Assembly: GCA_046563655.1 (NCBI GenBank)
Contig: JAJCTO010000010.1
Span: 1,116,001-1,180,000 of the forward strand
Length of the DNA: 64,000 bases
Reading direction: 5' to 3'
Source: Yuukianura sp. NJ FZ-2021
Lineage: Eukaryota
A model generated the notes under the pieces. It had not been told where the DNA came from and searched no databases. It saw nothing but the letters and a program-made list of their open reading frames with translations. Within the stretch, counting starts at the first letter, position 1; every line of letters begins with the position of its first letter. A program made the position numbers and the translations under genes. This document shows, one piece after another, positions 50,884-62,300 of the stretch.

Positions 50884-51954
50884 TTAGGTGGATTTTCTGA
50901 CGTGAAGGATTAGTTGGGTTGAGCTGTGTGCTTCAGGAATTGGTGCAAGGCTTTCGTCCAAAAGTTGAACGTAAATGGAATTAATCATCGACTGCCTTCT
51001 TACCGCAAAATAACGCGGTACATTGACTTGCAAGTCGAAAGGTTTGCCATCCTGGCCGAGTTGGCGGAAGACTCCAATCAAGGGCAGAACTTTTTCTCCA
51101 AACTGGGTATAGTCGTCAAGATCGCACACGACAAGGAGATGTTTTGACGTCACTCCAAGGTCAATTTCGGCCTTGGCTGGACTCGTTTGGCTAAATCCTT
51201 TGAATGCGGCTCCCAGTGGCAGTCCAAATATTTTGTCTAAAAGCGGTGAGAAGGTTGTAATGTAATTGTGTGCAGATTCTCGAGTGTATGCGAGTACAGC
51301 CTCTTCCTCAGAGTACTTGAATGTAATTTGGAATGGAGCCAAGGCGGCGTTCATGGCTTGAATCAGTCCGTCAACCGTCTTTTCTTTTGGTTCTACTACG
51401 GTTGCCAAGTTGACCTTGTCTTGGAAAATGTGGAGCGTCATGTTAATTGTTGGATCAATTGCGTCAAAAATGGCTTCGGTATATTCATGGCCATGCGTCA
51501 CTCCATTTGGAAACGTGTTGGTATCAAACCCAAAGGCTCGGGCATACCCGGCTGTCATGGTAACCACATGGTCCTTTTCGTCGTTGGTAAGTGAAAACAC
51601 CTGGTTTGTGTATGAAATGAGAATTTTTCGGTCCAATTTTTTCAATTCCTTGTTGACATGACTGAAAAACTTCATAATTCCATCCATTTTTAAGATTGTA
51701 ACCGTCACCTCCAGGTGCTCGGTCACATTAATGACATTGTCGCCGTAGCTGTGGCCAAAAATGTTGCGCTGAACCTTTGGCGCAGGAGTATAGCACATTC
51801 CAACAATGGCAACCTCAAGTGGTTGTGTCAAGCCTTCAAGCTCTGGATCCAAATTGGCACGAAACTCGTTTGGTTTATTGCCAGGGTAAAAGCTACTGTT
51901 TAAAGCACTATCCACGATAATGTATTGTGCTGTGGGTTTTGTAATCGTGACCAT
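50884..51954 (-). CDS. Polinton/Maverick-type minor capsid (penton-like, PX) protein, 356 aa, intact
   Basis: N-terminus YIIVDS..S..YPGNKPNEFRANL...LEVAIVGMCY and C-terminus LLVVCDL...FGEKVLPLI...PRYFAV...INSIYVQLLDE...LILHVRK match the Maverick penton pattern (.LPSNSS..FP.N....F...L...WEV.L.E..Y / YVYCD....VGD...PLL...P.Y.PV......I.I.I.D......LHFR) around a variable middle. Confidence 0.8.
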   Translation of the reverse strand: MVTITKPTAQYIIVDSALNSSFYPGNKPNEFRANLDPELEGLTQPLEVAIVGMCYTPAPKVQRNIFGHSYGDNVINVTEHLEVTVTILKMDGIMKFFSHVNKELKKLDRKILISYTNQVFSLTNDEKDHVVTMTAGYARAFGFDTNTFPNGVTHGHEYTEAIFDAIDPTINMTLHIFQDKVNLATVVEPKEKTVDGLIQAMNAALAPFQITFKYSEEEAVLAYTRESAHNYITTFSPLLDKIFGLPLGAAFKGFSQTSPAKAEIDLGVTSKHLLVVCDLDDYTQFGEKVLPLIGVFRQLGQDGKPFDLQVNVPRYFAVRRQSMINSIYVQLLDESLAPIPEAHSSTQLILHVRKST

Positions 51955-52077
51955 TGTGCACGTAGATGCAAACTCGGTAAAAAGTGTAAAAAAAAAGAAA
52001 GAGTAAACTGAAACACTTTCACTTAAACACTTGCTTCAAGTAGAAGGTGATGTAGACCTCACGGAAGGTAGTGAAAC

Positions 52078-52132
52078 ACTGAGCCGTTTGCGGCAACTTT
52101 ACGGTCTTATATAGGCGCAACCGATGACGTCA
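52078..52132 (-). promoter_or_regulatory. Putative Pol II core promoter of the minor capsid gene (CRE + TATA + Inr)
   Basis: On the minus strand: TGACGTCA (52132-52125), TATATAA (52113-52107) and TCAGT (52082-52078) ~31 nt after the TATA start; the ATG is at 51954. Confidence 0.55.
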
Positions 52133-52227
52133 CCGTAAAAAAATGCAGGCGTCGCGTGGCAAGGCGTGCACATGAGGCAGTCGCAATCTCACCTCCGACA
52201 CGTAAACGAGACCGTTTTGTGTATAAG

Positions 52228-53352
52228 CAGTCCGCCCGGGCGACTTGTCTGTGTTTAAGCAGTAAATGGCAATACTATATTGTGGGCTCGCGTCTTGTCG
52301 ACCAACCAAATGTCTCCATTTTCTGAGGTCACGCCCTATTTTGAAATGGTAAACGCACATTGGCCACAGTTGGCCACACCCCCGAGTGTAGCGGCAAGTC
52401 TCGACCAATCAAATTGCTCCACTTCCTCGAGCCACGCCCACTTTTGAAATGCTCAAGGCTGATTGGCTCAAGAGTCGGTCGACTAGCCACGCCCCCGAGC
52501 TTTCGCCCCCGACAATTCCATTTGGCCTTTGACCTTGATGTTTTTGGCAAACGCAAGTGAAAGTTCAAATGGAATTGTACGTGCATGTGCACGGGCAGGG
52601 TGACCGGAAGTGGTTTGCGGTTTCTTTTGGCAGGCTAACCGGAAGTGGTTTGCGGTTTGTTTTGGCAGTGCCGAGTGGCACCCCACTAATCCTATGACCA
52701 GCCGAATGTACCGCCCATGCACCATACTTGATCCCCTTGGTCCCGGGAACCCAGAAAAGGGCTCCCGGGACTTGACAATTTCAAAATGCTCGCTTGACCT
52801 TGAAAAAAAAAATTGAAATGACCTTGAACAAATTTATATGAAATTGCAAATGGGCGCGCATGACCTTAAACAAATGCATATGCCAATGCAAAGGGCGCGC
52901 ATGAAAAAAAATGGCGTGACCTTGAAAAATTCGGCGTGACCTTGAAATTTGGGGTTGGGGTAATCTGGGGTAATTTACTTAAAATTTTTGGCAGCCATTT
53001 TAATTTCCAAGTTTCAAAAAATTTTCCAATTTCCAAATTTCAGAAATTTTTTTTTTCAAAAATTGTTTTTTTTTCAAAAAATGTTTTTTTAGATAATTTT
53101 TTAAAAATAAGTTTCAATTTGTGGTTTGGGGAGGGGGGGCACGTGACTCGGGGGTCACGTGGGGGGGGGGGGTGGATATAGGGGGGAGGGATATATAGTG
53201 GGGGGTATGGGGGGTGCGGAAGTGGGGGGGTGATGACGTCATATGCAAAACGTTTCTGCGCATGAGCAAAAACGTTTTGTGCAGATGCAATAGCTGATAA
53301 GGACGGCGGCCATTTTGAAAAAAGTCCTTTTCCCTTGCCACTGCCATTAGCT
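52228..53352 (-). repeat. Right TIR of element 2 (~1125 bp)
   Basis: Imperfect reverse complement of 47193-48339; the mirrored ORF-track peptides are similar but not identical. Confidence 0.92.
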
Positions 53353-56300
53353 GAGGTCATTCTGTCAATGAAAGTTCACATCATTAACAAATGCTACATG
53401 AGTCATAAAGGATCAAGAAAACTTACCCTGAAATAGACTTTTTAACAGAGAAAATTGAAAGCACTAGTATGGCATCTTACAAAAATTAAGCGTCAACTTA
53501 ACCCAGTGAGATAGATATCGTGACTTGCACGTTCCGAGGTCATTCTGTCAATGAAAGTTCATATCATTAACAAATGCTACATGAGTCCTCCTGGATGAAG
53601 AAAATTACCTCAAAATAGACTTTTTTAACGGAGAAAATTGAAAGCACTAATATGGCATCTTACAAAAATTAAGCGTCAACTTAACCCAGTGAGATAGATA
53701 TCGTGACTTGCACGTTCCGAGGTCATTCTGTCAATGAAAGTTCACATCATTAACAAATGCTACATGAGTCCTCCTGGATCAAGAAAACTTACCTCGAAAT
53801 AGACTTTTTAACATAGAAAATTGAAAGCACTAGTATGGCATCTTACAAAAATTAAGCGTCAACTTAACCCAGTGAGATAGATATCGTGACTTGCACGTTC
53901 CGAGGTCATTCTGTCAATGAAAGTTCACATCACTAACAAATGCTACATGAGTCCTCCTGGATCAAGAAAACTTACCTCGAAATAGACTCTTTAATAGAGA
54001 AAATTGAAAGCACTAGTATGGCATCTTACAAAAATTAAGCGTCAACTTAACCCAGTGAGATAGATATCGTGACTTGCACGTTCCGAGGTCATGAAAGTTC
54101 ATATCATTAACAAATGCTACATGAGTCCTCCTGGATGAAGAAAAATTACCTCGAAATAGACTTTTTTAACGGAGAAAATTGAAAGCACTAATATGGCATC
54201 TTACAAAAATTTAGCATCAACTTAACCCAGTGAGATAGATATCGTGACTTGCACGTTCCGAGGTCATTCTGTCAATGAAAGTTCATATCACTAACAAACG
54301 CTACATGAGTCATAAAGGATCAAGAAAAATTACCTCGAAAAAGACTTTTTAACGGAGAAAATTGAAAGCACTAATATGGCATCTTTCAAAAATTAAGCGT
54401 CACCTTAACCCAGTGAGATAGATATCGTGACTTGCTCGTTCCGAGGTCATTCTGTCAATGAAAGTTCATATCATTAACAAATGCTACATGAGTCCTCCTG
54501 GATGAAGAAAAATTACCTCGAAATAGACTTTTTTAACGGAGAAAATTGAAAGCACTAATATGGCATCTTACAAAAATTAAGCGTCAACTTAACCCAGTGA
54601 GATAGATATCGTGACTTGCACGTTCCGAGGTCATTGTGTCAATGAAAGTTCACATCGTTAACAAATGCTACATGAGTCCTCCTGGATGAAGAAAAATTAC
54701 CTCGAAATAGACTTTTTAACAGAGAAAATTGAAAGCACTAGTATTGCATCTTACAAAAATTTAGCATCAACTTAACCCAGTGAGATAGATATCGTGACTT
54801 TTCCGAGGTCATTCTGTCAATGAAAGTTCACATCATTAACAAATGCTACATGAGTCATAAAGGATCAAGAAAACTTACCCTGAAATAGACTTTTTAACAG
54901 AGAAAATTGAAAGCACTAGTATGGCATCTTACAAAAATTAAGCGTCAACTTAACCCAGTGAGATAGATATCGTGACTTGCACGTTCCGAGGTCATTCTGT
55001 CAATGAAAGTTCATATCATTAACAAATGCTACATGAGTCCTCCTGGATGAAGAAAATTACCTCGAAATAGACTTTTTTAACGGAGAAAATTGAAAGCACT
55101 AATATGGCATCTTACAAAAATTAAGCGTCAACTTAACCCAGTGAGATAGATATCGTGACTTGCACGTTCCGAGGTCATTCTGTCAATGAAAGTTCACATC
55201 ATTAACAAATGCTACATGAGTCCTCCTGGATCAAGAAAACTTACCTCGAAATAGACTTTTTAACATAGAAATTTGAAAGCACTAGTATGGCATCTTACAA
55301 AAATTAAGCGTCAACTTAACCCAGTGAGATAGATATCGTGACTTGCACGTTCCGAGGTCATTCTGTCAATGAAAGTTCACATCACTAACAAATGCTACAT
55401 GAGTCCTCCTGGATCAAGAAAACTTACCTCGAAATAGACTCTTTAATAGAGAAAATTGAAAGCACTAGTATGGCATCTTACAAAAATTAAGCGTCAACTT
55501 AACCCAGTGAGATAGATATCGTGACTTGCACGTTCCGAGGTCATTCTGTCAATGAAAGTTCATATCATTAACAAATGCTACATGAGTCCTCCTGGATGAA
55601 AAAATTACCTCGAAATAGACTTTTTTAACGGAGAAAATTGAAAGCACTAATATGGCATCTTACAAAAATTAAGCGTCAACTTAACCCAGTGAGATAGATA
55701 TCGTGACTTGCACGTTCCGAGGTCATTCTGTCAATGAAAGTTCACATCATTAACAAATGCTACATGAGTCCTCCTGGATCAAGAAAACTTACCTCGAAAT
55801 AGACTTTTTAACATAGAAATTTGAAAGCACTAGTATGGCATCTTACAAAAATTAAGCGTCAACTTAACCCAGTGAGATAGATATCGTGACTTGCACGTTC
55901 CGAGGTCATTCTGTCAATGAAAGTTCACATCACTAACAAATGCTACATGAGTCCTCCTGGATCAAGAAAACTTACCTCGAAATAGACTCTTTAATAGAGA
56001 AAATTGAAAGCACTAGTATGGCATCTTACAAAAATTAAGCGTCAACTTAACCCAGTGAGATAGATATCGTGACTTGCACGTTCCGAGGTCATGAAAGTTC
56101 ATATCATTAACAAATGCTACATGAGTCCTCCTGGATGAAGAAAAATTACCTCGAAATAGACTTTTTTAACGGAGAAAATTGAAAGCACTAATATGGCATC
56201 TTACAAAAATTTAGCATCAACTTAACCCAGTGAGATAGATATCGTGACTTGCACGTTCCGAGGTCATTCTGTCAATGAAAGTTCATATCATTAACAAACG

Positions 56301-59300
56301 CTACATGAGTCATAAAGGATCAAGAAAAATTACCTCGAAAAAGACTTTTTTAACGGAGAAAATTGAAAGCACTAATATGGCATCTTTCAAAAATTAAGCG
56401 TCACCTTAACCCAGTGAGATAGATATCGTGACTTGCTCGTTCCGAGGTCATTCTGTCAATGAAAGTTCATATCATTAACAAATGCTACATGAGTCCTCCT
56501 GGATGAAGAAAAATTACCTCGAAATAGACTTTTTTAACGGAGAAAATTGAAAGCACTAATATGGCATCTTACAAAAATTAAGCGTCAACTTAACCCAGTG
56601 AGATAGATATCGTGACTTGCACGTTCCGAGGTCATTGTGTCAATGAAAGTTCACATCGTTAACAAATGCTACATGAGTCCTCCTGGATGAAGAAAAATTA
56701 CCTCGAAATAGACTTTTTAACAGAGAAAATTGAAAGCACTAGTATTGCATCTTACAAAAATTTAGCATCAACTTAACCCAGTGAGATAGATATCGTGACT
56801 TTTCCGAGGTCATTCTGTCAATGAAAGTTCACATCATTAACAAATGCTACATGAGTCATAAAGGATCAAGAAAACTTACCCTGAAATAGACTTTTTAACA
56901 GAGAAAATTGAAAGCACTAGTATGGCATCTTACAAAAATTAAGCGTCAACTTAACCCAGTGAGATAGATATCGTGACTTGCACGTTCCGAGGTCATTCTG
57001 TCAATGAAAGTTCATATCATTAACAAATGCTACATGAGTCCTCCTGGATGAAGAAAATTACCTCGAAATAGACTTTTTTAACGGAGAAAATTGAAAGCAC
57101 TAATATGGCATCTTACAAAAATTAAGCGTCAACTTAACCCAGTGAGATAGATATCGTGACTTGCACGTTCCGAGGTCATTCTGTCAATGAAAGTTCACAT
57201 CATTAACAAATGCTACATGAGTCCTCCTGGATCAAGAAAACTTACCTCGAAATAGACTTTTTAACATAGAAAATTGAAAGCACTAGTATGGCATCTTACA
57301 AAAATTAAGCGTCAACTTAACCCAGTGAGATAGATATCGTGACTTGCACGTTCCGAGGTCATTCTGTCAATGAAAGTTCACATCACTAACAAATGCTACA
57401 TGAGTCCTCCTGGATCAAGAAAACTTACCTCGAAATAGACTCTTTAATAGAGAAAATTGAAAGCACTAGTATGGCATCTTACAAAAATTAAGCGTCAACT
57501 TAACCCAGTGAGATAGATATCGTGACTTGCACGTTCCGAGGTCATTCTGTCAATGAAAGTTCATATCATTAACAAATGCTACATGAGTCCTCCTGGATCA
57601 AGAAAACTTACCTCGAAATAGACTCTTTAATAGAGAAAATTGAAAGCACTAGTAGGGCATCTTTCAAAAATTAAGCGTCAACTTAACCCAGTGAGATAGA
57701 TATCGTGACTTGCACGTTCCGAGGTCATTCTGTCAATGAAAGTGTCACATCTTTAACAAATGCTACATGAGTCCTCCTGGATCAAGAAAACTTACCTCGA
57801 AATAGACTTTTTAACAGAGAAAATTGAAAGTACTGGTATGGCATCTTACAAAAATTAAGCGTCAACTTAACCCAGTGAGATAGATATCGTGACTTGCACG
57901 TTCCGAGGTCATTCTGTCAATGAAAGTTCACATCATTAACAAATGCTACATGAGTCCTCCTGGATCAAGAAAAATTACCTCGAAATAGACTTTTTTAACG
58001 GAGAAAATTGAAAGCACTAATATGGCATCTTACAAAAATTTAGCATCAACTTAACCCAGTGAGATAGATATCGTGACTTGCACGTTCCGAGGTCATTCTG
58101 TCAATGAAAGTTCATATCATTAACAAACGCTACATGAGTCATAAAGGATCAAGAAAAATTACCTCGAAAAAGACTTTTTTAACGGAGAAAATTGAAAGCA
58201 CTAATATGGCATCTTTCAAAAATTAAGCGTCAACTTAACCCAGTGAGATAGATATCGTGACTTGCTCGTTCCGAGGTCATTCTGTCAATGAAAGTTCATA
58301 TCATTAACAAATGCTACATGAGTCCTCCTGGATGAAGAAAAATTACCTCGAAATAGACTTTTTTAACGGAGAAAATTGAAAGCACTAATATGGCATCTTA
58401 CAAAAATTAAGCGTCAACTTAACCCAGTGAGATAGATATCGTGACTTGCACGTTCCGAGGTCATTCTGTCAATGAAAGTTCACATCATTAACAAATGCTA
58501 CATGAGTCCTCCTGGATCAGGAAAACTTACCTCGAAATAGACTTTTTAACATAGAAAATTGAAAGCACTAGTATGGCATCTTACAAAAATTAAGCGTCAA
58601 CTTAACCCAGTGAGATAGATATCGTGACTTGCACGTTCCGAGGTCATTCTGTCAATGAAAGTTCATATCATTAACAAATGCTACATGAGTCCTCCTGGAT
58701 CAAGAAAACTTACCTCGAAATAGACTCTTTAATAGAGAAAATTGAAAGCACTAGTATGGCATCTTTCAAAAATTAAGCGTCAACTTAACCCAGTGAGATA
58801 GATATCGTGACTTGCACGTTCCGAGGTCATTCTGTCAATGAAAGTTCACATCACTAACAAATGCTACATGAGTCCTCCTGGATCAAGAAAACTTACCTCG
58901 AAATAGACTCTTTAATAGAGAAAATTGAAAGCACTAGTATGGCATCTTACAAAAATTAAGCGTCAACTTAACCCAGTGAGATAGATATCGTGACTTGCAC
59001 GTTCCGAGGTCATTCTGTCAATGAAAGTTCATATCATTAACAAATGCTACATGAGTCCTCCCGGATGAAGAAAAATTACCTCGAAATAGACTTTTTTAAC
59101 GGAGAAAATTGAAAGCACTAATATGGCATCTTTCAAAAATTAAGCGTCAACTTAACCCAGTGAGATAGATATCGTGACTTGCTCGTTCCGAAGTCATTCT
59201 GTCAATGAAAGTGTCACATCTTTAACAAATGCTACATGAGTCCTCCTGGATCAAGAAAACTTACCTCGAAATAGACTTTTTAACATAGAAAATTGAAAGC

Positions 59301-62300
59301 ACTAGTATGGCATCTTACAAAAATTAAGCGTCAACTTAACCCAGTGAGATAGATATCGTGACTTGCACGTTCCGAGGTCATTCTGTCAATGAAAGTTCAC
59401 ATCACTAACAAATGCTACATGAGTCCTCCTGGATCAAGAAAACTTACCTCGAAATAGACTCTTTAATAGAGAAAATTGAAAGCACTAGTATGGCATCTTA
59501 CAAAAATTAAGCGTCAACTTAACCCAGTGAGATAGATATCGTGACTTGCACGTTCCGAGGTCATTCTGTCAATGAAAGTTCATATCATTAACAAATGCTA
59601 CATGAGTCCTCCTGGATCAAGAAAACTTACCTCGAAATAGACTCTTTAATAGAGAAAATTGAAAGCACTAGTATGGCATCTTTCAAAAATTAAGCGTCAA
59701 CTTAACCCAGTGAGATAGATATCGTGACTTGCACGTTCCGAGGTCATTCTGTCAATGAAAGTTCACATCACTAACAAATGCTACATGAGTCCTCCTGGAT
59801 CAAGAAAACTTACCTCGAAATAGACTCTTTAATAGAGAAAATTGAAAGCACTAGTATGGCATCTTACAAAAATTAAGCGTCAACTTAACCCAGTGAGATA
59901 GATATCGTGACTTGCACGTTCCGAGGTCATTCTGTCAATGAAAGTTCATATCATTAACAAATGCTACATGAGTCCTCCCGGATGAAGAAAAATTACCTCG
60001 AAATAGACTTTTTTAACGGAGAAAATTGAAAGCACTAATATGGCATCTTTCAAAAATTAAGCGTCAACTTAACCCAGTGAGATAGATATCGTGACTTGCT
60101 CGTTCCGAGGTCATTCTGTCAATGAAAGTGTCACATCTTTAACAAATGCTACATGAGTCCTCCTGGATCAAGAAAACTTACCTCGAAATAGACTTTTTAA
60201 CAGAGAAAATTGAAAGTACTAGTATGGCATCTTACAAAAATTAAGCGTCAACTTAACCCAGTGAGATAGATATCGTGACTTGCACGTTCCGAGGTCATTC
60301 TGTCAATGAAAGTTCACATCACTAACAAATGCTACATGAGTCCTCCTGGATCAAGAAAACTTACCTCGAAATAGACTCTTTAATAGAGAAAATTGAAAGC
60401 ACTAGTATGGCATCTTTCAAAAATTAAGCGTCAACTTAACCCAGTGAGATAGATATCGTGACTTGCACGTTCCGAGGTCATTCTGTCAATGAAAGTTCAC
60501 ATCACTAACAAATGCTACATGAGTCCTCCTGGATCAAGAAAACTTACCTCGAAATAGACTCTTTAATAGAGAAAATTGAAAGCACTAGTATGGCATCTTA
60601 CAAAAATTAAGCGTCAACTTAACCCAGTGAGATAGATATCGTGACTTGCACGTTCCGAGGTCATTCTGTCAATGAAAGTTCATATCATTAACAAATGCTA
60701 CATGAGTCCTCCCGGATGAAGAAAAATTACCTCGAAATAGACTTTTTTAACGGAGAAAATTGAAAGCACTAATATGGCATCTTTCAAAAATTAAGCGTCA
60801 ACTTAACCCAGTGAGATAGATATCGTGACTTGCTCGTTCCGAGGTCATTCTGTCAATGAAAGTGTCACATCTTTAACAAATGCTACATGAGTCCCCCTGG
60901 ATCAAGAAAACTTACCTCGAAATAGACTTTTTAACATAGAAAATTGAAAGCACTAGTATGGCATCTTACAAAAATTAAGCGTCAACTTAACCCAGTGAGA
61001 TAGATATCGTGACTTGCACGTTCCGAGGTCATTCTGTCAATGAAAGTTCACATCACTAACAAATGCTACATGAGTCCTCCTGGATCAAGAAAACTTACCT
61101 CGAAATAGACTCTTTAATAGAGAAAATTGAAAGCACTAGTATGGCATCTTACAAAAATTAAGCGTCAACTTAACCCAGTGAGATAGATATCGTGACTTGC
61201 ACGTTCCGAGGTCATTCTGTCAATGAAAGTTCATATCATTAACAAATGCTACATGAGTCCTCCCGGATGAAGAAAAATTACCTCGAAATAGACTTTTTTA
61301 ACGGAGAAAATTGAAAGCACTAATATGGCATCTTTCAAAAATTAAGCGTCAACTTAACCCAGTGAGATAGATATCGTGACTTGCTCGTTCCGAGGTCATT
61401 CTGTCAATGAAAGTGTCACATCTTTAACAAATGCTACATGAGTCCTCCTGGATCAAGAAAACTTACCTCGAAATAGACTTTTTAACAGAGAAAATTGAAA
61501 GTACTAGTATGGCATCTTACAAAAATTAAGCGTCAACTTAACCCAGTGAGATAGATATCGTGACTTGCACGTTCCGAGGTCATTCTGTCAATGAAAGTTC
61601 ACATCATTAACAAATGCTACATGAGTCCTCCTGGATCAAGAAAACTTACCTCGAAATAGACTTTTTAACATAGAAATTTGAAAGCACTAGTATGGCATCT
61701 TACAAAAATTAAGCGTCAACTTAACCCAGTGAGATAGATATCGTGACTTGCACGTTCCGAGGTCATTCTGTCAATGAAAGTTCACATCACTAACAAATGC
61801 TACATGAGTCCTCCTGGATCAAGAAAACTTACCTCGAAATAGACTCTTTAATAGAGAAAATTGAAAGCACTAGTATGGCATCTTACAAAAATTAAGCGTC
61901 AACTTAACCCAGTGAGATAGATATCGTGACTTGCACGTTCCGAGGTCATTCTGTCAATGAAAGTTCATATCATTAACAAATGCTACATGAGTCCTCCTGG
62001 ATCAAGAAAACTTACCTCGAAATAGACTCTTTAATAGAGAAAATTGAAAGCACTAGTATGGCATCTTTCAAAAATTAAGCGTCAACTTAACCCAGTGAGA
62101 TAGATATCGTGACTTGCACGTTCCGAGGTCATTCTGTCAATGAAAGTTCACATCACTAACAAATGCTACATGAGTCCTCCTGGATCAAGAAAACTTACCT
62201 CGAAATAGACTCTTTAATAGAGAAAATTGAAAGCACTAGTATGGCATCTTACAAAAATTAAGCGTCAACTTAACCCAGTGAGATAGATATCGTGACTTGC

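Larger units (their letters stand above)
47193..53352 (-). mobile_element. Mini Polinton/Maverick-like element 2 (6160 bp), non-autonomous; minor capsid + basic ORF + major capsid; no TSD
   Basis: Ends AGCTAATGG...CCATTAGCT (5'-AG...CT-3'), ~1.13-kb imperfect TIRs and capsid genes on the minus strand. Left flank TGTAAT belongs to satellite A; right flank GAGGTC belongs to satellite B. Confidence 0.9.
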
